A stretch of DNA of 64,000 nt, from positions 71,736,001-71,800,000 of the forward strand of contig NC_087436.1 in the NCBI RefSeq assembly GCF_036321535.1, written 5' to 3'. Position 1 is the first letter of the stretch. Each line of letters begins with the position of its first letter. This document shows positions 55,301 through 63,476 of the stretch, piece by piece. Below the pieces are notes generated by a model. That model was not told the DNA's origin, did not search any database, and saw only the letters and a list, made by a program, of their open reading frames with translations. The position numbers and the translations under genes were made by a program. The stretch is from Camelus dromedarius (Eukaryota).

Positions 55301-58300
55301 CAGAACATTCCATTTTAATTTCTTAATCTACATGCAGGTCGTTTCTCTAGTAAGGGTGGCAAGGACGTTTTAAGTTCCTTCTCATGGGGATATTACTGAT
55401 CTGTTTTACACACATTATGTCATTTAATCCTCACAACAACCCTAGAGTAGGATATTATCCTCATTTTAACAGATGGAGAACTTAAAACCCTCCAAGAAAA
55501 CTTGTTTGTTCAAAAGAATAATTTATTGAAGCAAACACTGGTATGGCAGTAAAAAAAATGATAAATGGATACCTAACTTTTTTTTTTTTAACTAGTAATT
55601 AAAATTTAACATCCTTTCAATAATCATTCTCTGAAGGGGAGATGAGACAAGAAACTTCAAATCCATCTGAGGCCTTTTTTATCTTTGGCATGTTTTTCTC
55701 ATAAATCTGTCTATGTTATTCTGATCCATTTTTGTGCCACAAGTCACAGAGCGAGATACAGAAGTTTGTGAGTACTATTACATATTCTCAAGTACAAACT
55801 AAAAAAAGAGTTCTTAAAAAAGGAAATCAGGGCTGAGAAAAGACCATGATAGAGGGAGATTATGTAACATAAATAATATTCTAATTTCAAATTTTTCATA
55901 AATTAAATTACTGGTTTGATGAACACGTTACATTTAGTATTATGTGCATACTCTGCAGATTATGTTCTCTTTAATATCCTTGATAAACGTTTTATTTAAA
56001 AAGTCATTTTTTGTGTCAATTATGTAAAATCAGTATAGTTATGTGAGACTACGGAAATGAAGATAGTGCTGTCAAGCTTCAGAAAGCACCTCTGTTAGAA
56101 GTTAATGTTGTACAACTAACTCTGAAAACTACTCAGATAGCTAAGGTTCTGCTCCACAATAAGTCTATGATAAACAGAATCTTTGAACCAAGAAGGCACT
56201 CACTATACAATGGCTCTCTCTCTAGCTAACATATAAATATATTTCATGTATACATTTCACCAGTCTTACCATACAAGCCTCCATTAAAGCAGTGTGCATT
56301 TCATCTGTTTTATGCTCTTGATCTGCGCCTGCTTCCAAAAGAAATCGCACCATCTCTAGGTGTCCTAAACCAAAAGTGTATATGATTACTTTAAAATATT
56401 TTGAGAAGTTATATTTAACTTATAGCAATGAATTTATTAGCACAATACTAAAATCAGCCACAAGCCACCCTCAACTATCTAACACAAATTATCCAAGTGA
56501 CCTTTGCTGTACTACTCCTTACTCTGTTGCCCTAGAAATGGCTGCTACTAGAAGAACCCTTGCTGCAGGTAAGCAAAGATGCCATTAAAATGCAACACCC
56601 AGAATATCCTCTCTACAACCTTTTAAAAGCCCAGGCATGCCAGTTATATTATTTATACTATGGACTAAATTAGCTTTTGTGTTCTAGTAGCCTGGGATAA
56701 TGATCATCATTGAAGTTATTTCTATGAGGAAATGAGCTTCAAGTTTCAATAACTAACTCACAGACATTTTAGGAACAACCTGCTACTAAGTTAGAAACTA
56801 TATATAAACATATTCTCAAAACAACACCATTTACATTTATTTATTTAGATATAAACATATACACATACACCCATACATAAACATACATACATATTTATGT
56901 AGTTCTAAATAAACCATATGCTTCAGTTCACATAAAGATACCTTATGAGTAGTTATAAAGCATATAAATTATATTTTAAAAAGGGCTTCAGATAGTACCA
57001 AGAAACAATAGAAAAAATGACCAATTTTTTCCCAACTTTATCTGGAATGAGCTGCAGTCAAGTCTCAATCAATTGGGACTGAGGGGAAGGAGTGGATGAT
57101 GGACTCACAGATAAACAGTTAAAATAAAACTAACTTTGGTGAGAAGTGTAGCATCTATCACACCTTATTTTTTATAACTACCTTATTTTTAACAAACTAT
57201 CTCTCTTTCCTCTCATTCTCCCTTCCGAAAGATGCACATCAGTGTCTAGTCTCAGCCTGAATTCTATCCCTTCCCAATCTTCCCCTTGTCAATCTGTGTC
57301 CTAGGAGACTCACCAGAAATAAAAGGAAAGAGTCTCCATAGATTCTTGGAAGTAGCAGAGATGTTCTCCACCAGCTCAGTTCTATATTCAGCTTCTCTAA
57401 TTAAAGCCTGCAAGCCCCAACCTCAAATGCCCCTTTTGGAAAGTAGAGGGGTAGGGGAAGGCTACAAGCAGAGAGGGAAGAGTAGTTATATATAGCCCCA
57501 TCCCAAAGTTCTCTGGCCAGCTGGGTCTCAGTAGTAAAATACAGCCAGTTCCAGGTTCAAAAATATTTGTGAAAAGGTGAGAGAGCCACCCAATCAGCCT
57601 GCCCTGGAGAGGCTGCCCCAAGGCTTATTTCCTCTCCTCCCAATGAAGACCAACCTCTGTCTAATTAGTGTACAGAACTGGAGAAGTAAGAGACCTCAGC
57701 TGTGCTTCCTAAGCACCCTTAATCTGAATTATCTGTAACACCAGACACTCAGAAGTCCTTTAGAGCATATTTTCATATTTAACTTAAATTTTAGTCATTT
57801 ATGTGTTTAAGGATTATTTTAGCCATGTGTTTAAATGAAATTATTCCTAAAGACCTAACAAAACCTTGGCCGCTCAGAAGTAAAATGAAAACAAACAAAC
57901 AAAAAAAGAAACCAACACCAGGATGAGGGAATCAAAGCCCTGGGTGCAAAATTTAAGGAGATATTCACTTACAAGCTTGTGTATGTAAAGATTCAGCCAC
58001 TGAGAGTGAGTGCATCCTTAAATATTGTACCCTGCCTTGCAAGAACTTTTTATTGATGCCTCAGGGTCAAAAACTTATCATTTATTTTATGATACAAACG
58101 TGACACAGCTGCAGATCGTAGGAAATGCTAACCTGAATGGCGATGCAGACATAAAATTTTATGCAATTTGCTTTTTAAAAAGTTTCTTAGTTTAAAGCCA
58201 TTATCATAAAGGTTGAGTCTGAAAACTGGCTCTGTGACTATCTTTTTAGAATCTATAATCTAGGGCATTAATTAGCTGAAGACGAAGTATCTTTTCAGAC

Positions 58301-60890
58301 AATTACCTTGTCCTTCCAAAAGAAGATATTTTTCTGTATTTTCAGGTGGGGTGACACCATTTAAAACACCATGTACCCTCTTAGTACAGCTATATATGGG
58401 TAGGTGTTCTCAGTGTCAACCAGCTCTTCTAACTTTATTAAACATGCTGATAATACTCTAAAATTGTTCTTTTGAATACAAACTTCCCCATCATTTTCAT
58501 TTTTCTTCTCATATATCCTTTCTTCAATTTTTCTCCTTCTTGGTATCATCAGAAATAGCTAAACATCTTTTTGTTAAGAGGTCATTCTGGCTTTTATTGC
58601 ATTTACTTTAAACTCACAGGCTAAATACTTCTGGATTCAATAGGATTTGTTTGTGTGAACCAAGCAAAATATTCCAACAAGTGAAACCATTAAAATATAT
58701 AGTGAATATTAAAATTAAATAACTGTTTCTAATAAAACAACTGGATCGACATTCATTTTTCATTGACAATATTCATAACACTGAGTGTATATTTTATAAG
58801 TTTAATATATAAACTTTACATGTTAAACTTTTTCAAACTGAAACACTTTAAACACTAATACTTTAAACACTAAACATATTACCACATTTTAATTTTACTT
58901 TTTAAGTGAAAAACCATACTATATAAAGTAACTCTCATTTCATGACTTTAAAAACTTAAAAAAAATTTATTGTACGGTACCTTTGTAACAAGCTAATGTA
59001 AGGGCACTCTCTTTAAATTCATTGGAATGCGTATTAATGCCAGCCCCATTTTCTAGCAGCAGTCTAGCTACTTCCACATGTCCAGCACTTCCAGCTTCCA
59101 TAAGAGGAGTATGACCATTTTCATTATGGTCCTCAATACTAGCACCGGATTCCAAGAGCACCTTTACAACATCTACATAACCTCCAGCACAAGCATATGT
59201 AAGTGCTGTGTTGCCTATTTTAATGAAGAAAAACAAAGACATTAACATAAGATACCAAAATAAAACAGGTTTATTTATACCATCAAGAAGAAAACTGAAA
59301 TGGGAGACTATAACCTTAATAAATGTAGATATTAAATATATAATTCTTTTCTTCATTGCATTTAATCTTACTGAAATCAACTCCCTATTCTTTCAATTTA
59401 AAATCAGGGTCAAACACATATGGAAAATCAGATACACTTATCACAATTGTAGAGCTATAAAAAACACTGAGCAATTCTGAAGCTAACTTTCCATATGAGA
59501 GAAAAGTTATGTTCATTCTAACTTTAATCAGAGAAATGTTTCCCAAGCTTTTTTTTTAGGATTGTAATTATTCATCATATATACATATACCTCATACTGT
59601 TGTTCCTTTTAATTACATATTTGTTTTTACTACAAGTTTAAACAACAGTTAACTGATCAAAATTAAAATAATTTCAAAAACATTCCCTTAAACATCTCCC
59701 ATGTTACAGGGAGAAATAAAGTAAACTTCTGGGTAAAAATAAGAATTTCTAACAACCCACTTAAACTAGAACCTGCAGACCTTTAAAATTATTTAAAATA
59801 TTAAATAAATTTGAAAGTCTTACATGAAGGAAGTGCACAAACTATATTTTCATATATTTTAGAGCTTTTATACAAATCTATCTATGTCCAAGTTTGAAAG
59901 AAAAATAAATTGGTTTAGACTAACATGTCCCTTGTAAGACGCAATTTTTCATTATACTTTCTTCTTCTGTAGGCCACAATTTAATAACACCTGCCTTTTG
60001 TTACATATCCTTCTTATTCTATTTTCCCTTACCTTCTCCCCTGATAAATAAGAAACCTGGGTTCAAGAGCTGTAGCTTACACTTATCTACTTTCAAGAGG
60101 ATGGTCCTTCTCATTGGGCCAGTGTTTTAATACAAAAGGACCAAAGCCAAGTAATTGCCCTCACACGCAAAACTGGAGAAATGTCAATTCAAAATACATT
60201 CTATATACTTTAAACCCAATGCACAGACTTACACAAATGTGCAGCATCGATAATTGCAAAAGCATCACTAATTATCACTTTCATGTGAACTAATTACTAC
60301 CAAAAGGTGTTCATATTTAAAAACTGAAAAAGAAATATACATAACCTGTTGAAGACTGTGCATTGACATCAGCTTTATGAGCTAGCAGCAACTTCACAAT
60401 TTTGACATGTCCTCCATTAGCAGCAGCCATTAAAGGTGTAATGTCACCTTTGATTCCCCTATCTTCCACATTTGCATGCATTGCCAACAAAACCTTATGA
60501 AAGAAAAATTTTAAAGGGCATTAGAAAATGGTATCATCAACATTTATTATATACACATATTTATGTAAACACCTACCTTGTCATACTATAGTAAAAGAGC
60601 CAATAAACACAAAATGTATCTAACAAAACTACTTGTTGAAATGAGCCTGATAGCTGGTTTTATTATTTCCTTAAGACAGATTAAGATAAAACAAAGCAAA
60701 AAAAAAACAAAAAACTGTGAGCTTTATTTTGATAACACAAACCTGTGCAAGCTCATAATATCCAGCAGAACAAGCTAAACAAAGGAGGCTCTCCCCTTCC
60801 TCGGTGTGTTCATTTACACTTCGCCCTTCAATCAGTAACTTTCGCACAGCATTTACATCTCCTTCTGAACAGGCTTCTGCCAAACTGCGG
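1970..60890 (-). CDS. ANKRD17: Ankyrin repeat domain-containing protein 17 (partial; 27 internal coding exons, ~exons 4-30)
   Basis: Spliced minus-strand frame of 6455 nt with AG acceptors and GT/GC donors, phase-consistent at every junction. The peptide has many ankyrin motifs (TPLxxAAxxGH), a KH motif VIGRGG and a low-complexity tail recognised as ANKRD17 (e.g. GPFPVRPLSPARATNSPKPHMVPRHS). Confidence 0.97.
2505..2858 (+). mobile_element. Old L1 3' end (L1MC-like) with A-rich tail
   Basis: Typical L1MC 3'UTR text (aggttcatcaactgtaacaaa...gtatatgggaaatc...caattttgttgtgaacctaa) ending in (caaaa)n; family from memory. Confidence 0.7.
3870..4165 (+). mobile_element. hAT-Charlie MITE, MER58-like
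   Basis: gttggcaacctttctgtaaagggc...ctgtgtttcaataaaactttatttatgaacactgaaat...ggcccatggaccatcatttgtc; recognised from memory. Confidence 0.6.
4500..4614 (+). mobile_element. MER3-like hAT MITE, left half (interrupted by L1)
   Basis: cagcattgtccaa...tgtgctgtccaatacggcagctactagccatatgtg...gcacttgaaatatgactag. Confidence 0.7.
4615..5450 (+). mobile_element. 5'-truncated L1 (ORF2 end, 3'UTR, poly-A), antisense to ANKRD17; contains (TA)n(CA)n and (CAAAA)n
   Basis: cagccactatggaaaatag...aaaaatagaactaccacatgatcca...ccatccatggatgaatggataaagaagttgtgg...A9 tail at 5442-5450. Confidence 0.85.
5455..5545 (+). mobile_element. MER3-like hAT MITE, right half
   Basis: tgactgag...aattttatttaatttaaatttaaatagcacatatggttagtggctat continues the element begun at 4500. 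Confidence 0.65.
5951..7584 (-). CDS. ANKRD17: ANKRD17 exon ~29 (1634 nt), end of KH domain plus long S/P/T/Q low-complexity region
   Basis: ttatag|GGGTGG...TCAG|gtaagt; within ORF 5862..7622. Confidence 0.95.
8935..9084 (-). CDS. ANKRD17: ANKRD17 exon ~28 (150 nt), KH domain core with GxxG loop; GC donor
   Basis: aaacag|GTCAAA...ATAAG|gcaaaa; SKKVSVPSTVISRVIGRGGCNINAIREFTGAHIDIDKQKDKTGDRIITIR; only this boundary gives IR|GGTESTR in frame. Confidence 0.9.
9631..9781 (+). mobile_element. tRNA-derived SINE (camelid Vic-1-like)
   Basis: ggggagggtatagatcaagtggtagagc (A box)...gggttcaatccc (B box), (TAAA)n then A-rich tail; TSD taaaaattca at 9620-9629 and 9782-9791. Confidence 0.88.
11131..11286 (-). 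CDS. ANKRD17: ANKRD17 exon ~27 (156 nt)
   Basis: tttaag|ATTGTC...GAAG|gtgact; LSETISEVTSNSLSTCTKSGPSPLSSPNGK...EEGWKEVVR. Confidence 0.93.
11735..12182 (-). CDS. ANKRD17: ANKRD17 exon ~26 (448 nt), S/T-rich
   Basis: ctacag|ATGAGC...ATAAA|gttagt; DEPEVLTEPPSATTTTT...SGKASIK. Confidence 0.93.
12380..13150 (+). mobile_element. Degraded L1ME-type 3' fragments
   Basis: ttaaatttcttaggtgtaataat...gtggttatg, and tgaaattttttcaaaataaaa motifs in two blocks; edges approximate. Confidence 0.45.
13304..13475 (-). CDS. ANKRD17: ANKRD17 exon ~25 (172 nt), basic K/R/E-rich NLS-like helix
   Basis: taacag|TTAAGG...GAAG|gtattt; LREESRRLALAAKREKRKEKRRKKKEEQRRK...EKEKHKVE. Confidence 0.93.
16989..17069 (+). 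mobile_element. tRNA-derived SINE head (Vic-1-like) whose tail is the adjacent microsatellite
   Basis: gggtatagctcagtggtagagcttatgcttagcatg...ctgggttcaatccccaat; same family as 9631, 47778 and 61641. Confidence 0.85.
17070..17786 (+). repeat. Compound purine microsatellite (GAAAA)n-(GAAA)n-(GGCA)7-(GAAA/GAGAAA/GA)n
   Basis: Directly visible; 717 bp with C only in the GGCA block at 17247-17274. Confidence 0.99.
18310..20340 (-). mobile_element. Degraded L2 LINE fragments
   Basis: GA-rich text typical of reverse L2 (ttttactctgagagaaatgg...ggatcactct; ggttttagcctgagcaa; gagactggagtttagggaagaagtctgggcta); edges approximate. Confidence 0.6.
21545..21900 (-). mobile_element. L2 3' end fragment
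   Basis: aacaaatgtttactgagtacctg...atgccaggtacc. Confidence 0.55.
22380..22560 (+). mobile_element. MIR SINE fragment
   Basis: aagttacttaat...tcagttcctccatctataatatgagggtaataat...gcctggtactcagcag. Confidence 0.55.
22890..23086 (+). mobile_element. TcMar-Tigger MITE, MER8-like, 3'-truncated
   Basis: TA followed by TIR caattgacccttgaacaacac...; ggttgaatccgtggac...ggaggg; same family as 63477 in the opposite orientation. Confidence 0.75.
23852..23968 (-). CDS. ANKRD17: ANKRD17 exon ~24 (117 nt)
   Basis: ttttag|GAGATG...AAAG|gtaatg; EMLKKCHLCMESIVQAKDRQAAEANKNASILLEELDLEK. Confidence 0.94.
25222..25262. repeat. Imperfect (CA)n microsatellite
   Basis: Directly visible. Confidence 0.9.
25315..25410 (-). 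CDS. ANKRD17: ANKRD17 exon ~23 (96 nt)
   Basis: ttttag|GGTCAT...TAAG|gtaata; GHVKVVRYLVKEVNQFPSDSECMRYIATITDK. Confidence 0.93.
27400..27562 (-). CDS. ANKRD17: ANKRD17 exon ~22 (163 nt)
   Basis: atttag|GGGAGC...AAAG|gtagaa; GAHIDVRNKKGNTPLWLAANGG...LMAAFRK. Confidence 0.94.
28646..28821 (-). CDS. ANKRD17: ANKRD17 exon ~21 (176 nt)
   Basis: acctag|ACTGGC...GCAG|gtatgt; TGLTPLMEAASGGYAEVGRVLLDKG...ELLIGR. Confidence 0.94.
29318..29531 (-). CDS. ANKRD17: ANKRD17 exon ~20 (214 nt)
   Basis: ccccag|AACTGG...TAAG|gtaaga; TGSKLGISPLMLAAMNGH...ANVEHRAK. Confidence 0.94.
30074..30216 (-). CDS. ANKRD17: ANKRD17 exon ~19 (143 nt), GC donor
   Basis: ttccag|GTGGTG...CTAG|gcaagt; VVELLLARGANKEHRNVSDYTPLSLAASGG...AEINSR; phase 2 matches next exon. 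Confidence 0.92.
30645..31250 (-). mobile_element. Degraded L1 3' fragments
   Basis: tttactatgaaaattttcaagcatatagaaaag...; tagcattccatt...gctgtttctagttttggg; edges approximate. Confidence 0.5.
31293..31323. repeat. (TC)n(TA)n microsatellite
   Basis: Directly visible. Confidence 0.9.
32875..33020 (-). CDS. ANKRD17: ANKRD17 exon ~18 (146 nt)
   Basis: ctacag|GTTTTA...GGAG|gtattg; GFTPLILAATAGHVGVVEILLDNG...SGGRQE. Confidence 0.94.
33162..33273 (-). CDS. ANKRD17: ANKRD17 exon ~17 (112 nt), start of second ankyrin cluster
   Basis: aaacag|ACTGAG...AAAG|gtagag; TESNHDTALTLACAGGHEELVQTLLERGASIEHRDKK. Confidence 0.94.
33715..34260 (+). mobile_element. Old L1 5'-end (L1MC/MD-like) fragment
   Basis: GC-richer block (ctagagagtttccaggc...gatctgcagagggttcccc...tcagctgag...cagggctgggaatag) resembling ancestral L1 5'UTR; from memory. 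Confidence 0.5.
34460..35058 (+). mobile_element. Charlie1/MER33-like hAT remnant, interrupted by a MER81-like insert
   Basis: ctagcaacatgtggctatt...gctagtgtgactgaagaactaaattt...aaatgtggctaccagaaaatgtaaaattaca...tttctattgtacaa. Confidence 0.65.
34704..34817 (+). mobile_element. MER81-like hAT-Blackjack MITE
   Basis: 114 bp, tagggtagcaaaccatc...gatgattggaccattcta imperfect TIRs; internal gggacttt/aaagtccc inverted pair. Confidence 0.65.
38555..38680 (+). mobile_element. MIR core fragment
   Basis: tttcctcacctgtaaaatgggaatagtaacagtacctacttcat. Confidence 0.7.
40913..41061 (-). CDS. ANKRD17: ANKRD17 exon ~16 (149 nt; 146 nt with the distal NAGNAG acceptor)
   Basis: caacag|CAG|TCAGTG...ACAG|gtaagc; AVSGRASAMSNTPTHS...PAIDIDAQ. 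Confidence 0.93.
45226..45978 (-). CDS. ANKRD17: ANKRD17 exon ~15 (753 nt), Gln/Glu-rich coiled-coil linker; likely cassette exon
   Basis: acacag|CTGCTT...GCAG|gtgggt; overlaps ORF 45206..45949; symmetric phase 1-1, 251 codons. Confidence 0.94.
47443..47545 (-). CDS. ANKRD17: ANKRD17 exon ~14 (103 nt)
   Basis: tgttag|GCTCCT...AAAG|gtcagt; APRVPVQALPMVVPPQEPDKPPANVATTLPIRNK. Confidence 0.92.
47778..47922 (+). mobile_element. tRNA-derived SINE (Vic-1-like)
   Basis: gggggaagggtatagctcagtggtagag...gaggtcctgggttcaatccctagtac; TSD agaaagcaa at 47765-47773 and 47923-47931. Confidence 0.88.
48113..48256 (-). CDS. ANKRD17: ANKRD17 exon ~13 (144 nt)
   Basis: ttttag|GATGGC...TAGG|gtaaga; DGSTMLIEAAKGGHTSVVCYLLDYPNNLLSAPPPDVTQLTPPSHDLNR. 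Confidence 0.93.
48509..48636 (-). CDS. ANKRD17: ANKRD17 exon ~12 (128 nt)
   Basis: ttttag|GAGCAA...TAAAA|gtatgt; GANVNRTTANNDHTVLSLACAGGHLTVVELLLAHGADPTHRLK. Confidence 0.92.
49975..50160 (-). mobile_element. MER20-like hAT MITE remnant
   Basis: ttgtaggatgtttatca...cagcatccc...gtgatacctcaaaatgtcc resembles reverse MER20; from memory. Confidence 0.5.
50176..50263 (-). CDS. ANKRD17: ANKRD17 exon ~11 (88 nt)
   Basis: aaacag|GAACAT...AAAG|gtaggt; EHESEGGRTPLMKAARAGHVCTVQFLISK. Confidence 0.93.
52117..52226 (-). CDS. ANKRD17: ANKRD17 exon ~10 (110 nt)
   Basis: ctgcag|GAGCTA...TCTG|gtaagc; GANVHATTATGDTALTYACENGHTDVADVLLQAGADL. Confidence 0.93.
52577..52768 (-). CDS. ANKRD17: ANKRD17 exon ~9 (192 nt)
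   Basis: ttttag|GAGCAA...GCAG|gtaggc; GANINAQTEETQETALTLACCGG...KYLLAA. Confidence 0.94.
53130..53440 (-). mobile_element. Two MIR fragments
   Basis: tattttatagctaaggaaactcaggtt...aacttgtccaaggtca; ctcacaacaaccc...aaattgaggtacagaggtt. Confidence 0.6.
54114..54351 (-). CDS. ANKRD17: ANKRD17 exon ~8 (238 nt)
   Basis: aattag|GATGGC...CAAG|gtaacc; DGHVEVARLLLDSGAQVNMPADSFESPLTLAAC...LLLGQ. Confidence 0.94.
56270..56364 (-). CDS. ANKRD17: ANKRD17 exon ~7 (95 nt)
   Basis: gtttag|GACACC...TATG|gtaaga; GHLEMVRFLLEAGADQEHKTDEMHTALMEACM. Confidence 0.93.
57918..58035. mobile_element. Palindromic hAT MITE, MER96-like
   Basis: Inverted arms gggtgcaaaatttaaggagatattcact (57942-57969) and agtgagtgcatccttaaatattgtaccc (58005-58032). 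Confidence 0.65.
58981..59214 (-). CDS. ANKRD17: ANKRD17 exon ~6 (234 nt)
   Basis: aaatag|GCAACA...AAAG|gtaccg; GNTALTYACAGG...ALTLACYK. Confidence 0.94.
60346..60493 (-). CDS. ANKRD17: ANKRD17 exon ~5 (148 nt)
   Basis: cataag|GTTTTG...ACAG|gttatg; VLLAMHANVEDRGIKGDITPLMAAANGGHVKIVKLLLAHKADVNAQSST. Confidence 0.93.
60743..60890 (-). CDS. ANKRD17: ANKRD17 exon ~4 (148 nt), ankyrin repeats
   Basis: taatag|CCGCAG...CAG|gtttgt; RSLAEACSEGDVNAVRKLLIEG...GYYELAQ. Confidence 0.93.
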
Positions 60891-61640
60891 CTATTAGGGA
60901 AAGAATATTGTAATATCAGGATATAAAAATATTAAAAAATTGCCCAGCATAAGTATTGATTTTTGAAGTTAATCTGGAGAGTAGTGCTAAATGAGAAAAA
61001 TTATTTCAGCATTATTCATAACAAAATGAAAATATAACAATTCAGTTCACTGAGTTTTAAAACTCTACATATAAAAGTCACTGAATTAAAATGATCAATA
61101 TTACAAAATGTTTTCAGTCATGCAACTGACAGATAAAGTCCAATTTACTATAAGTGGGGAAAAAAACCAAAATTTTAAAGCAAAATCGTGTAGAAAACCA
61201 CATGAAGAAAATTCAAGTTTTAATTACACTTCTGTTTGTTCAGTAACTTGAAAATTTCTATAAATTTAATAAAATGGGTAAAACTTGTACTAATTATAAA
61301 GGCCCATCTGGGCCCTTCAATCAAGTAAAGGGAAATGAGACAGAAAAGTTGTGAGCATGCAATTTTGACTGATATATGAATAACTGATAAGGAGATTCTT
61401 TCTTTGAAGTATTTACTTATGCCATCATGTTCTGGGAAAGTATGAAAAATATCCAGGTAAGGCAAAGGCTTAATTCAAGCAAAAGGAGAGTGGGAAAAGT
61501 GGTGAAACAACAGAAAATTAGACTGAAAATAAAGTGTTTGCCCTGTAAACCTCCCAAAAGAATTCCAACTATGGACATTTCTAAGGATTCTTTCACTTTG
61601 GGATAAAATTCATTCTTAGCAAAACACTAAATCCAGTTCT

Positions 61641-61786
61641 TCTTTTCTTTTGTTGCTTATTTGGTTTTTTGGTGAGGGAGGTAATCGGGTTTATTTATTT
61701 ATTTTTACTGGAGGTACTGGAGTTGAATCCAGGACCTCATGAATGTTAGGCATGCACTCTACCACTGAGCTACTGCGCCCTTCCCC
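61641..61786 (-). mobile_element. tRNA-derived SINE (Vic-1-like), sense to ANKRD17
   Basis: Reverse complement of the same SINE; perfect 14-bp TSD ctaaatccagttct at 61627-61640 and 61787-61800. Confidence 0.9.
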
Positions 61787-61914
61787 CTAAATCCAGTTCT
61801 CTTAATTAACATTCTTTTCATTTCAAATATACTTCAGTACTTACATCCTCCTCTTAAAACATGGCCCTGTCACTTTAGGTACTAAAGGTATCCATGGATA
61901 CCTCTTTTCTATAC

Positions 61915-62600
61915 TCTACCACCCAGATTCAGAATATCATCTTTAGCCCAGATTATGGCAGTCTCCTACGCAGTCTCCCTGCTTATACCCTTGCTGTCCT
62001 TCAGGCTCTTTTCAAAGAAGCAGCCAGAGAGAGCCTGTTAAAAAGAAAGTAGATCACGTCACTCCTCTCTTCAGAATCCTCTATTGGCCTCTAATCTCAT
62101 TCACAATAAAAACCAAAATCCTTATAAGATCTGTCCAATGGTAGGATTCCATACTCCTCCTTTTACCTCTGTTTTCATCACTTACTATTCTACTATTCTT
62201 ACTCTTTCCACTTTAGCCAAATTGGCTTTTCTGTTTTTCATTAAAAACGTTAATTAAAGCTGCAACTGCAAGATTTATGTATCGGCTGCTCCTCTGACAA
62301 GACAGCTTCTCTCTCAGGCACAACTCACTGCCTTATCTATTTCAGGTCTGCTAAAAAGCCACCTTTTAAGTGATATGTAGATATTAAATATATAATTCTA
62401 CCACCGTATTAAAAATGCAACATGATCTCCAATCCCAAACACTGCCTTAGCACTTCTCCGTTCAATTTTTTCTGCCCATAATCATTATCATTGTATGGCA
62501 TACTATATATTTTTACCTACTTGTTAATAACTGTACTGTCCTCCTACTAAAGTGAAAGTCTCAAACAGCACTCAGTACTTTGTCTCTTAATAGCCGATTT
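61915..62600 (+). mobile_element. L2 LINE 3' region
   Basis: cagcagccagagagag...agatcacgtcactcctct...aaaaccaaaatccttat. Confidence 0.65.
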
Positions 62601-63476
62601 TACAGGCACTGATAGTCTTTAGACACATTGTTCTTTATCACCTTTTAGTAAGTTTAGGACAAATCCTTTCCACATTTCCCATATAAGAACATACTTTTCC
62701 TCCCTTTCAAGTGCTTTCTCATTCTCTCTCTCCCTCAGGCACATACCCTCCTCTATTTTTCCATTTGAACTTTCATTCAATTTCCTTGTATGTATTAGCT
62801 TTAAAATATCCTTTCAGGAATTACTCTAGCAACAGCTGAACTTCAGAACTTGTGAGAAAAGGTTATGTTAAAATTTATCTGGCACATGGCACCACACTTA
62901 ACTAATGTAAAATCTGGCACATAGCACTCACTGTACTCCATTGTTTCTCAAGTTTTGCTGAACAAATATGACTCACAAACACACTCTGCTGTTTTGCTGA
63001 TCACCTCTAGTATTTTCAATGCCAAAGAATCTATCATCTTTATTTTCTTATTCTATTTCCCACTTGAACTAGCTTTAATATACTCTTCAAGGTGTTTATG
63101 ATTTTCTCTCTTGCCAGTCTCAAAAGGCACCACATTAAAAAATATCTGGAGAATATCAATAATATTGTAGGCTAGTTAAACTGAACTTTAACTAAGGAAT
63201 AAAACTGAAGTTAAAAGGAGAGTCAATCTATGAGAAGAATGGTAAAATAAATTCATAAAAACACAAAAAGTCAGATGAATGAAGATGAACACAGAGCCAA
63301 AGGAAACAGCAAATTCATACTCCTGCAATGATATAAACCTCTCTTTTATGGTCTTAAAAATGTTATATAGAAACATTAATTATACAAAAGACAATTTTTG
63401 AATGCTATTTTTTATTCTGTAAACTCATACATGAAAGAATACTCCAATTTTCTATTTAAAAGCAACTGCTAAAATA

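Noticed and set aside
57200..57750. GC-richer block, possibly an MLT/MaLR LTR remnant
   Set aside because: I could not identify TG...CA ends, a TSD or a recognisable consensus by eye; it needs RepeatMasker.
58307..58558. Possible 252-nt cryptic exon or 62-aa ORF, with a UGAUGA box-C-like motif
   Set aside because: The donor AAG|GTAATT is plausible, but the acceptor lacks a pyrimidine tract and the frame stops early. I found no box D with a terminal stem at snoRNA distance.
1970..60890. Assignment to the paralog ANKHD1
   Set aside because: The ankyrin and KH parts are similar, but the linker and tail peptides match my recollection of ANKRD17.
1970..60890. U12-type (minor) introns
   Set aside because: None of the 27 donors has the RTATCCTT signature; all are GT or GC U2-type.
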